64,000 nt of DNA. Origin: an uncultured Candidatus Saccharibacteria bacterium (lineage in GTDB: Bacteria > Patescibacteriota > 4484-211 > JAGQKX01). Below the pieces are notes generated by a model. That model searched no databases. It saw only the letters and a program-made list of their open reading frames with translations, and was not told the origin of the DNA. The translations under genes and the position numbers were made by a program. Each line of letters begins with the position of its first letter. The first letter of the stretch is position 1. The DNA is taken from contig CAYMOT010000001.1 in assembly GCA_964392315.1 (NCBI GenBank), positions 73,042 through 137,041 of the forward strand, read 5' to 3'. This document shows positions 1-7,793 of this stretch, one piece after another.

Positions 1-6
1 AACTTG

Positions 7-36
7 CGAAAAGAAATATGCGTTTACGCATATTTC
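7..36 (-). terminator. Intrinsic terminator-like hairpin immediately 3' of tRNA-Ala
   Basis: Perfect hairpin GAAATATGCG-TTTA-CGCATATTTC at 13-36 abuts the tRNA 3' CCA at 37. On the minus strand it is followed by CTTTTCG, a short T-run. Confidence 0.5.
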
Positions 37-113
37 TGGTGGAGCTGGTCGGAGTCGAACCGACGACCCTCTCATTGCAAATGAGATGCTCTGGCCGGCT
101 GAGCTACAGCCCC
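37..113 (-). tRNA. tRNA-Ala (anticodon TGC), CCA encoded
   Basis: Manual fold of the reverse complement gives a 77-nt cloverleaf: GGGGCTG acceptor, G3:U70 wobble (Ala identity element), anticodon loop TTTGCAA (UGC), T-loop TTCGACT, ACCA end. Confidence 0.85.
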
Positions 114-190
114 AAAATATCCCGTTGGGATATTTTGTGTAGAACTCACAAATCACCCAACATTATCTTGCCTTTGGCAAGAAGGAGTCG
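114..190 (-). promoter_or_regulatory. Conserved tRNA leader module (palindromes) upstream of tRNA-Ala
   Basis: Perfect IR AAAATATCCC-GTT-GGGATATTTT (114-136) abuts the tRNA 5' end. It is followed by the TGTG-N7-CACA palindrome (137-151) and the perfect IR TCTTGCC-TTT-GGCAAGA (166-182). The same ~75-bp module recurs upstream of the TAT-anticodon tRNA at 21898-21970. Confidence 0.5.
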
Positions 191-367
191 AACTAAATAT
201 AATTAGCGATATAATGAGGAAGAGGTTACGAACACACGTTACCAGGCGTGGGTTCAAAAATATTAGAATGCATACCGAACATTCCTCTCATGTGATGAGT
301 ATCTTATATAAAAACTACTTCAAAGTCAACAATTAGCGTAGGTGTCATTTCGTATTAGTATAGAAAA

Positions 368-781
368 ATGAACAAGATGCGTAGGCCATATACGTACATA
401 ACCCAGTTAACCGCGTTCGAACAAGTACTGTTTTGGGGAGGAACCATTTTGGTGATTCTGTTGCTTGTCGGTACACTGTGGTTTTTACTACACGACGAAA
501 ACCCAGGTGATGGTTCAAAATATTACTGGATATTCCCTATTATATTCATGATTGCATCCTTAAATCTGCGTTTGATAGTCAGAGCTATTAAAATAACAGA
601 AAGTAAAAGGCCCCTCACTAATGAAGAACAGACATACCTATCACACCTTCAAAAGAACTTATCTCAGCCAAACAAACAACCTCCAGCATTCCTATTAACA
701 CTTCGCACTATAAATAAATGGTTATCCATTCTTCTTATTGTGATAGTTGGAATTAGCCTTCTATGGATAATTCTAGGGTAA
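368..781 (+). CDS. Hypothetical integral membrane protein (137 aa)
   Basis: ORF with several hydrophobic helices. No recognisable catalytic motif. Confidence 0.5.
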   Translation: MNKMRRPYTYITQLTAFEQVLFWGGTILVILLLVGTLWFLLHDENPGDGSKYYWIFPIIFMIASLNLRLIVRAIKITESKRPLTNEEQTYLSHLQKNLSQPNKQPPAFLLTLRTINKWLSILLIVIVGISLLWIILG

Positions 782-797
782 AGAGAGTTAAAAGCTA

Positions 798-1043
798 CTA
801 GAAACGATTCAATACATTCCAACGGACCCAAGTGACCGGTCTAAAGATACAATCTCCAGTATCATCTGGATAGTCTATCTCCCCACCGCAAATAAACCCG
901 ATAGGACATTCCTTGCCTACCAAACCTCCACACCACAATGTTTCAAATTTAGCGGAATATAAATAGACCAAAATAATCCCGATGGCAATTATGGAAACAA
1001 GAATAAGCACCTTGGTCTTTCTCAATAAAATGAATTCGCTCAT
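798..1043 (-). CDS. Small Cys-rich membrane-anchored protein (81 aa)
   Basis: N-terminal TM helix followed by a Cys-rich C-terminus (CGG...CPIGFICGG...GDC). It is 2 bp from the downstream HAD gene. Confidence 0.4.
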   Translation of the reverse strand: MSEFILLRKTKVLILVSIIAIGIILVYLYSAKFETLWCGGLVGKECPIGFICGGEIDYPDDTGDCIFRPVTWVRWNVLNRF

Positions 1044-1045
1044 GT

Positions 1046-1651
1046 TTATAATCCTACACCCAATTCAATTAAGTGTTGAATGAATGATTCAAAGTCATCA
1101 TACACAAAGCTCTCGATACCCAACTCTTTTGCACCCCTGAGCTTACTTTCATTATCATCCGAGTACACTATTTCCTCTGGTTTGCACTTACATCTTTCTA
1201 CCAAAACCTCAAATATCTTTTTGTCAGGTTTCAAAATACCAACTTCATACGAAAAGACTCTTACGTCAAAATGTTGCAAGAAATGAAATCGCTCTTCGAG
1301 TTTATTAATTCTTGTTGAAAAATTATTTGTACAAATGCATGTTAAGTATCCATTCGAACGTAATCTTTTTACCAAACTATCCACTTCAGGATTAACTTCA
1401 TACCCCAAGGATATTAATCGAATTATTTCATCAGGTGATACTGGAAGTCCCCAGTACTGCACTGCATCTTGCCAAAACTCATTTTCCTGTACCTCTCCAC
1501 GTTTAAATCTATCCATTGGTTCTCCATGCAAGATGTAATCAACCTTCTCTTTTGACACACCCATATCCATAATTCTTTGCTTGAAAGATTTGAATCCTGC
1601 AGAGGTAAAGTAGACTCCGTCTAAATCGAAACAGATTGCTCTAATTTGCAT
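1046..1651 (-). CDS. HAD-superfamily hydrolase (subfamily IA-like phosphatase)
   Basis: N-terminal DxDGV motif (ICFDLDGVYF), KPD motif (ILKPDKKIF) and C-terminal acidic motif (YSDDNESKL). Confidence 0.75.
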   Translation of the reverse strand: MQIRAICFDLDGVYFTSAGFKSFKQRIMDMGVSKEKVDYILHGEPMDRFKRGEVQENEFWQDAVQYWGLPVSPDEIIRLISLGYEVNPEVDSLVKRLRSNGYLTCICTNNFSTRINKLEERFHFLQHFDVRVFSYEVGILKPDKKIFEVLVERCKCKPEEIVYSDDNESKLRGAKELGIESFVYDDFESFIQHLIELGVGL

Positions 1652-1681
1652 TCGTTCTGGTTACATTTTAATAGCTATATG

Positions 1682-2002
1682 CTAGGTTGAACTTTTTCTA
1701 TATCTTACTATTATAAAGCCTGTAACCAGGTTAATGGTTATTAAAATGAAGACTGTTAATATGTGATAGAACAAAAAGAAGTCAACCTTTACTAGTCCAA
1801 ACTCCAGCATAACTACCCCCATCCATAAGAATCCTACACCAGTGAGTAACAAACTGAATGAAACCATCATCGCTGGAATATACAAGAGAATCGTAGCAAT
1901 AGTTACGTATCTGATAAGAAGAGGGATGGCAAGAAACCTGATATAGATATTTCTCAAAGTATTCACAACTTCAGTACCGTGGGAGGCAACCTTACGGAAC
2001 AT
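1682..2002 (-). CDS. Hypothetical small membrane protein (106 aa)
   Basis: Three predicted hydrophobic helices. Lies between tRNA-Ile and tRNA-Ala. Confidence 0.45.
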   Translation of the reverse strand: MFRKVASHGTEVVNTLRNIYIRFLAIPLLIRYVTIATILLYIPAMMVSFSLLLTGVGFLWMGVVMLEFGLVKVDFFLFYHILTVFILITINLVTGFIIVRYRKSST

Positions 2003-2026
2003 GATTTTTGAACAATATCACCCAAT

Positions 2027-2075
2027 CAATGGTGGGCACGCCTGGACTCGAACCCGTCAAATGCTGTTTGCATTT
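2027..2075 (-). pseudogene. Duplicated 3'-end fragment of tRNA-Ile (T-arm/acceptor 3' half, about 30 nt), not a foldable tRNA
   Basis: caatggtgggcacgccTggactcgaacc at 2027-2054 repeats 2141-2168, which is the 3' end of tRNA-Ile(GAT), with one substitution. That substitution breaks the T-stem, and the upstream sequence cannot form the D or anticodon arms. Confidence 0.5.
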
Positions 2076-2143
2076 GGCGTGTAATTAAATCACGATTTTC
2101 TACCCAAGTTCAAAATTTATTTTGAACGGTTTCGTACTATCAA

Positions 2144-2220
2144 TGGTGGGCACGCCAGGACTCGAACCTGGGACCTCGAAATTATCAGTTTCGCGCTCTA
2201 ACCACCTGAGCTACGCGCCC
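2144..2220 (-). tRNA. tRNA-Ile (anticodon GAT), CCA encoded
   Basis: Reverse complement folds as GGGCGCG acceptor / CGTGCCC, anticodon loop CTGATAA, T-loop TTCGAGT, 77 nt. It sits in the canonical position downstream of 16S. Confidence 0.85.
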
Positions 2221-2248
2221 CAAAATGTAACAGAAATTCCTCAACAAG

Positions 2249-2267
2249 TTCTTGCCTCCGGCAAGAA
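2249..2267 (-). promoter_or_regulatory. Perfect inverted repeat TTCTTGCC-TCC-GGCAAGAA in the tRNA-Ile(GAT) leader
   Basis: About 30 nt upstream of the tRNA 5' end. Same CTTGCC-N3-GGCAAG core as the tRNA-Ala leader (166-182). Confidence 0.4.
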
Positions 2268-2335
2268 TGGTCAAATACTGCCCAATTGTACACGCTCTAT
2301 GAAACAGATGACAAGTATATGCCCATGCGCCAACC

Positions 2336-2503
2336 TTACTTCTTTCTGCCCATCATATCCCTAAGACCAAACCCAAGAAGTGCACCACTGAGTGGGGCAA
2401 GCTTCATTAAAACATCATCGGTCTCCGAAGGAGTCGTGACCGTATAAAAACCTGCTAGTACCAGTATTACACCGGCAATAAAAAGTGATTGTCCTTTGTT
2501 CAT
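2336..2503 (-). CDS. Small hydrophobic peptide gene (55 aa) in the 16S-tRNA-Ile spacer
   Basis: ATG at 2503 preceded by AGGTGA. Product MNKGQSLFIAGVILVLAGFY... has one TM helix. It is below the 60-aa ORF-track cutoff and was found by manual translation. Confidence 0.35.
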   Translation of the reverse strand: MNKGQSLFIAGVILVLAGFYTVTTPSETDDVLMKLAPLSGALLGFGLRDMMGRKK

Positions 2504-2557
2504 ACCATCACCTACCTCGCGTATATCACAGCTATTATACAGGATGTCCAGATGAAG

Positions 2558-2734
2558 TTACTGATGTATGGGTGGTATAGTGTGTTTATCCTTCAGAAGT
2601 AACCCACTTAATCCCATACCAATTGTCATACCGCCATATACACTCGCCATATCACGCGTAGCCTCGAATCGAAGCAACGCCAGTATAACTAAAAAGCCGA
2701 TTATTATCAGAATTAATGAACTTGTTCGTGTCAT
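2558..2734 (-). CDS. Small membrane peptide gene (58 aa) in the 16S-tRNA-Ile spacer
   Basis: Internal ATG of ORF 2558..2809, preceded by the strong SD AAGGAG 7 nt upstream. Product MTRTSSLILIIIGFLVILALL... has two hydrophobic segments. Confidence 0.4.
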   Translation of the reverse strand: MTRTSSLILIIIGFLVILALLRFEATRDMASVYGGMTIGMGLSGLLLKDKHTIPPIHQ

Positions 2735-2812
2735 ACAGAACTCATCTCCTTTCAAAACGTAAGAAATGCGTAAGAATCCCAGTCTAGGGAAATTAAGTGG
2801 TGTAAGCAAGCG

Positions 2813-2840
2813 GTTTACAAAAAATCCCGACCGAAGTCGG
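2813..2840 (-). terminator. Intrinsic terminator downstream of 16S rRNA
   Basis: On the minus strand the hairpin CCCGAC-TTCG-GTCGGG is followed by ATTTTTTGT. Confidence 0.5.
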
Positions 2841-2850
2841 GATCACTGAT

Positions 2851-2877
2851 CATTAACGATCCAAAATAGCAACAGGA
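2851..2877 (-). other. 16S trailer half of the rRNA processing stem (complementary to 4674-4700)
   Basis: Trailer segment CTCCTGTTGCTATTTTG is perfectly complementary to leader segment CAAAATAGCAACAGGAG. The 17-bp core extends to about 25 bp, as expected for an RNase III processing helix bracketing 16S. Confidence 0.55.
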
Positions 2878-3003
2878 GAATAAAGTGCGAATGATAGATT
2901 AAACGGTTCTATCCGACCTCGATTGTGCAGTTTACGACATTGTCTAACCAATCAGCAAAAAAGCTGACGGTTAAAATAACGCAGAGCTGCTAGGAATTCT
3001 CCT

Positions 3004-4528
3004 AGAAAGGAGGTGATCCGTCCGCAGATTCCCCTACGGACACCTTGTTACGACTTACCCCTGATCATAGAGCCTAGCGTAAAACCATAAATGGCGCTTC
3101 GGCTATTCTCTACTTTCCTGAGCTGACGGGCGGTGTGTACAAGGATCGAGAACGTATTCACCGTGCCATGGCTGATACACGATTACTAGCGATTCCACCT
3201 TCATGGAGTCGAGTTGCAGACTCCAATCTGAACTGAGGCAACGTTTACGGGATTAGCTCCATCTCGCGATGTGGCATACCCATTGTCGAAGCCATTGTAG
3301 CGCGTTTCTCGCCCAGGGCATAAGGGCAACGCTGACTAGACGTCGTCCGCGCCTTCCTCCCCTTTGCAGGGGCAGTCCCGCATGAGTGATACAACATACG
3401 GTACGGGTTGCGCTCGATGTAGGACTGAACCCTACGTCTCACGACTCGAGCTGACGACAGCCGTGCAACACCTGTTCCAACCTGTTCGATAAATCGAACT
3501 TCCAACTACTTTCATAGCGGCATTAAGACTGGAATGTCAAACCCTGGTAAGGTTCTTGGGTCAACATCCAATTAAAGAACGCGCTCCACCGCTTGTGCGA
3601 TCCCCCGTCAATTCCTTTGAGTTTTAACCTTGCGGCCGTACTCCCCAGGCGGCCCGCTTAACGCGTTAGCTTACGAAACCCACTCCGCAAAAAGGAGCTT
3701 GTGCTCCTCTTAACGGAACAGGTTTCTAGCGAGCATTGTTTACAGCTAGGACTACACGGGTATCTAATCCGTTTTGCTCCCCTAGCCTTCGGAGATGAGC
3801 GTCAGAACACACCCAGTACGCTGCCTTCGCCCTTGGTGTTCCTGTGCATATCAAAGGATTTAACCCCTACTTGCACAGTTCCACGTACCCCTGTGTGTCT
3901 CAAGTATAACCGTATCCCATCTTTTCTCCAGGTTGAGCCTGGATATTTAAGACAAGACGCATTATACCGCCTGCCTACCCCTCTACGCCCAGTAAATCCG
4001 GATAACGCTTGTGCTTCTGGTCTGACCGAGGCTTCTGGCACCAGATTTGCCAGCACTTTCTAGTCGGGTACCGTCATTGTATTCTTCCCCGACCACAGCG
4101 GTTTACGATCTCTCGACCGTCATCCCGCACGCGGTGTCGCTGCGTCAGGCTTTCGCCCATTGCGCAAGATTCCTAATTGCTGCCACCCGTAGGTGTATGG
4201 CCCGTATCTCAGTGCCATTGTGGGGGGTCAACCTCTCAGTCCCCCTACCCGTCGTCGCCTTGGTGAGCCATTACCTCACCAACTAGCTGATAGGACGCAG
4301 GCTTATCTCTTGGCGCCGTGAGGCTTTACTCTTGCGAGACTATGCGGTATTAGCTCGTCTTTCGACGAGTTATTCCCCACCTAGAGGTAAATTCCTACGC
4401 GTTACTCACCCGTTCGCCACTGTCCAGACGCTTTCTTCATCCCGAAGGAATCAGTCAGCAAGGACCGTTCGACTTGCATATCTTAGGCACACCGCCAGCG
4501 TTCATCCTGAGCCAGGATCATACTCTCA
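3004..4528 (-). rRNA. rrs: 16S ribosomal RNA (complete, about 1.5 kb)
   Basis: 5' end GAGAGTATGATCCTGGCTCAGGATGAACGCTGGCGG (reverse complement at 4490-4527). 3' end GGATCACCTCCTTTCT (anti-SD) at 3004-3020. Internal conserved blocks include the 1492R region and the 1390 region TGTACACACCGCCCGTC. Normal length, so no large insertions. Confidence 0.9.
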
Positions 4529-4673
4529 ATAAAAGAGTTCTGACTTGTGTCAGAAAATCCTGAAAATAAATTCAGTGTTTGTTACTCAAAGTAACGGTAT
4601 CACGTATGTACAAATACGTGATTTTGCATCATTTAAGATGCTGATGTGGTTGCTTCTTACGAAGCTTCCAGAT

Positions 4674-4700
4674 CTCCTGTTGCTATTTTGAATGTTAATG
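4674..4700 (-). other. 16S leader half of the processing stem (pairs with 2851-2877)
   Basis: See 2851-2877. Additional palindromes lie in the leader (TTCTGAC-TTGT-GTCAGAA at about 4548-4567 and ATCACGTAT-GTACAA-ATACGTGAT at about 4598-4621). Confidence 0.55.
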
Positions 4701-4844
4701 AGCCGATAAGTTTCGTGTCTTCCCTCAAAGAGAACTTCAGCACCGAGGTGCTGCTTTCGCCTCTTTTCAATTCTTAAAGGTGAGACCTATGAAGACAATT
4801 AACCTATCTGAGTGTTTGCATACTAGCAAAAGTTATCTTCTCTG

Positions 4845-5978
4845 TCAATCAACTACGTCCGAGATTGCCCCTCCTCCTAACACCATACCATCGTTATCAT
4901 AAAAAACCGCAGATTGGCCTGGCGCGGGGGCTTGCACTGGTTCTTTCGTCTGCACATGCAATGAACCATCACCAATTTCAGCACCTTGAAGAGGCGTAAG
5001 CTCTCCCAAATTACGGATACGTATCAAAGCGTTCGTGAGCAATACACGATCTACCGGAACTCTCCAAAACACGTCATTTATCGTCACAATATTTGTAAAT
5101 GTATCCTTATAAGAAGAGACGATTAACACGTTTCGGGTAACATCTTTCTCCAAAACGTACACAGGTTCTGTTAGTGCAGTTTCAAAACCCCTTCTTTGCC
5201 CGATCGTATAAAACCATGCACCTTTATGTGTCCCGACCTTATCTCCGTTCTTATTTAAAACGTCGCCATATGTAATAGGTAGTTCCCGTTTCAAAAAATC
5301 CACCAACTCAATATCCCCAATAAAACAGATACCGGTACTATCAGGACGACTCGCATTGGGAAGACCAGCCTCATGCGCTATCTGCCGCACCTGTACTTTG
5401 GTTAATTCACCGAGCGGAAAAATAGACCTCTCTAGAGAGCCCTGTGGTATACGATACAAAAAATATGACTGGTCTTTTGTTACATCCGCTGCCATATACA
5501 AATTTGGTACTCGGAGTTTGCTCGATGATATTTTTCTTACGTAGTGCCCTGTGGCAAAGTAGTCTGCACCAGTAATCTCTAAAGCCTTTTCGAAAAACAA
5601 CCGAAACTTGATCTCAGAATTACACAACACATCAGGGTTGGGAGTTCTGCCTTCACGGTATTCCTTATAAAAGTAATCCAACACGCGCTCACGATATTCC
5701 TCTATCATGACAACCTTCTCCAATCGGATACCAAGAAACGATGCAACTTTTATTGCATCTGCAAAATCCACTTCTGCTTTGCATCCTGGTTCCAACGGGT
5801 AGCATTGGAGAAAGATAGCTGAGACTTCAAACCCCGCTTCTTTTAACAAGTACGCTGTCACCGCACTATCTACGCCCCCACTCAAGCCTACAACAACTTT
5901 TGAATGTTCAGGGCAGGTATCTTGTAATTTGTTCATTACGTCTTTCAATTCCATGAGGGAATTATACGGTACACGCAA
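4845..5978 (-). CDS. mnmA: tRNA 2-thiouridine(34) synthase MnmA
   Basis: PP-loop motif VVVGLSGGVDSAV near the N-terminus. Length (377 aa) and overall architecture are typical of MnmA. Confidence 0.85.
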   Translation of the reverse strand: MRVPYNSLMELKDVMNKLQDTCPEHSKVVVGLSGGVDSAVTAYLLKEAGFEVSAIFLQCYPLEPGCKAEVDFADAIKVASFLGIRLEKVVMIEEYRERVLDYFYKEYREGRTPNPDVLCNSEIKFRLFFEKALEITGADYFATGHYVRKISSSKLRVPNLYMAADVTKDQSYFLYRIPQGSLERSIFPLGELTKVQVRQIAHEAGLPNASRPDSTGICFIGDIELVDFLKRELPITYGDVLNKNGDKVGTHKGAWFYTIGQRRGFETALTEPVYVLEKDVTRNVLIVSSYKDTFTNIVTINDVFWRVPVDRVLLTNALIRIRNLGELTPLQGAEIGDGSLHVQTKEPVQAPAPGQSAVFYDNDGMVLGGGAISDVVD

Positions 5979-5986
5979 CGGATCAG

Positions 5987-7720
5987 TTAATTCTGGTAGA
6001 TCGAAAGCAGTTCAGTGGGTTTTGTAGTATCAAAAGGGTCCTTGTCGTCTCTGACTCGAACCAGGCGCGGGAAACGAAGTGCCAGACCACTTCCATCTAA
6101 AGAATCCTCCCTTTTTGCCGCGGTGTGAATTGGCGAACGGGTAATCTCATCAGCCGCCACTTCCACAACGACCTTCGGTAAGGTCCACACATCAGGTGCG
6201 AGATTTTGATGTACTACATAGGTCTTTGGCACATCATCGACCCGACACACATCAAGCCGCTGTTTCATATCTCGCCACTGCTCGTCGCTGAGGCCAGTAC
6301 CGATCTTTGCAAGTGTCTTGAATGTACCTGTCTCCTCGTCGTATACACCTACTAAAAACGCCCCAATACCAAACCGATTGCGTTGCCCCTGACCTGCGTA
6401 ATACCCCATGACCACCGCATCAACAGTATCAGCCAACGATTGCTCTGTCGCGCGTTTATATTTTACCCAGTTAAAGTTACGTGAGCCTGCCTGATACTCG
6501 GCGTCAAGTTTTTTGCACATGATACCTTCCAGACCTTCAGAAATGTATAAGTCGAACAATTCACGTAACTTTTCAACCGAGTCTACGATATGATGTCGGG
6601 TGAGGTGACACACCGTCTGCTTCGTAAGGTCTATGTGAGAAAGCATATCAAACCGCTCTTGTGCCGGAGTATACAAAAGCGACTTGCCATTGAGATATAA
6701 AACGTCAAACAGGAAAACACGCAGGGGAACTTTTGACTGCATTTTCTCTATCTCATGTTTACGACGGCGTTTTACGGTCTCTTGAAATGGTAGAAATTCG
6801 TTGGTGTCCGGATTGAATGCAAGTGCTTCGCTATCAAAGATCGCCTCATCAACCGGAAGTATAGCTGCAGCAGCGACAATGTCTGGAAACATATGGGTTG
6901 TCTCATTGAGATTACGAGAGTAAAGTTTTACCTGCCGATTCTTGCCTTTACCAAACACATGAACTTGTACCCGAAACCCATCCATCTTCGGTTCCACCGC
7001 AAACGTGCTTAATTTTTCAACGATTTTTTCAGGAGTAGGAAGTCGCTCTGACTGCGCAGGCCGAATTGGAATTCCCGGAGTTATACTAACAGCCTTGAGA
7101 CTCTCCACCCCTTCCCCCACACAAAGCTCAGCAATTCTTCCTATGTCCGGCAGTACATTATATGCATCCTCTACTGCACCACGTAGTGATTTGTCACCCA
7201 CCAGTACCCAAGACAGCGCGTCGAGTATTTTCGCTTCGGCAAGGCCCGTCCGAAGCCGTTCAAGGATAATACGGGTTATATACTTACGTTCGATGCTGCT
7301 CATGCTTTTATACATATCCGCAAGCAGTGTCACCTTCCCTTCAATCGACCCTTTGCCGCTAGTCTTGGCGAGAATGACTAGTTGCTCATACACTTCTAAT
7401 ATTGAGAGACCCTTCTTGGGGTGTGTGGCCAATGCTTCAGCAACATCGCCCAGGTCCCCCTTTGTTTTGAACTGCTTTTGGAGAATATTCAGATCTAGTG
7501 AAAAAGCCTGGGCAATGCTTCGCATCACCAGCTTTTCGGAAATCCCAAATTCAATACGGTCATACAACGGCCCAAGCCTGCCAACAGTCAAGTAGAGCGC
7601 TGGTGCGATTTCATTCTGCTCAAGACGCGAAATAAAATCAGCAGTCAGTATAATCATCTCGTTTGACGAAGAGGTCTGTTCAAGTTGTGAAAGAAATTGG
7701 GCTAAATGTTTGAATTGCAT
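5987..7720 (-). CDS. ATP-dependent DNA ligase
   Basis: Adenylation motif I KxDGxR (EPKMDGFRVQ), 577 aa with N-terminal DNA-binding domain and C-terminal OB domain, as in archaeal/eukaryal-type Lig. It is 8 bp from mnmA. Confidence 0.85.
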   Translation of the reverse strand: MQFKHLAQFLSQLEQTSSSNEMIILTADFISRLEQNEIAPALYLTVGRLGPLYDRIEFGISEKLVMRSIAQAFSLDLNILQKQFKTKGDLGDVAEALATHPKKGLSILEVYEQLVILAKTSGKGSIEGKVTLLADMYKSMSSIERKYITRIILERLRTGLAEAKILDALSWVLVGDKSLRGAVEDAYNVLPDIGRIAELCVGEGVESLKAVSITPGIPIRPAQSERLPTPEKIVEKLSTFAVEPKMDGFRVQVHVFGKGKNRQVKLYSRNLNETTHMFPDIVAAAAILPVDEAIFDSEALAFNPDTNEFLPFQETVKRRRKHEIEKMQSKVPLRVFLFDVLYLNGKSLLYTPAQERFDMLSHIDLTKQTVCHLTRHHIVDSVEKLRELFDLYISEGLEGIMCKKLDAEYQAGSRNFNWVKYKRATEQSLADTVDAVVMGYYAGQGQRNRFGIGAFLVGVYDEETGTFKTLAKIGTGLSDEQWRDMKQRLDVCRVDDVPKTYVVHQNLAPDVWTLPKVVVEVAADEITRSPIHTAAKREDSLDGSGLALRFPRLVRVRDDKDPFDTTKPTELLSIYQN

Positions 7721-7793
7721 AAAATAACCACACTGTCAAAAGCTACTCAGTTAATTAGCTTACAGATTGCCTCTAGAAACTGATCAACTGTTT

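Noticed and set aside
18-206. 62-aa ORF 18..206 (+) and 73-aa ORF 17383..17604 (-).
   Set aside because: Each overlaps a well-folding tRNA and its hairpin terminator. No SD, and the composition is non-protein-like.
3245-4532. ORF-track entries inside the 16S gene (3245-3505, 3701-4063, 3802-4056, 4047-4286, 4332-4532).
   Set aside because: They lie entirely within a confidently identified 16S rRNA. Their open frames are a by-product of structured RNA sequence.
7005-7595. Long antisense ORFs inside large genes: 7005-7595 in the ligase, 22575-23192 in lon, 32256-32897 in mutL, 52941-53555 in the C39-like gene, 24865-25482 opposite the M50 protease, 12855-13334 in polA.
   Set aside because: The sense-strand genes carry unambiguous catalytic motifs. 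The antisense frames have low-complexity, Ser/Arg/Cys-rich compositions typical of shadow ORFs.
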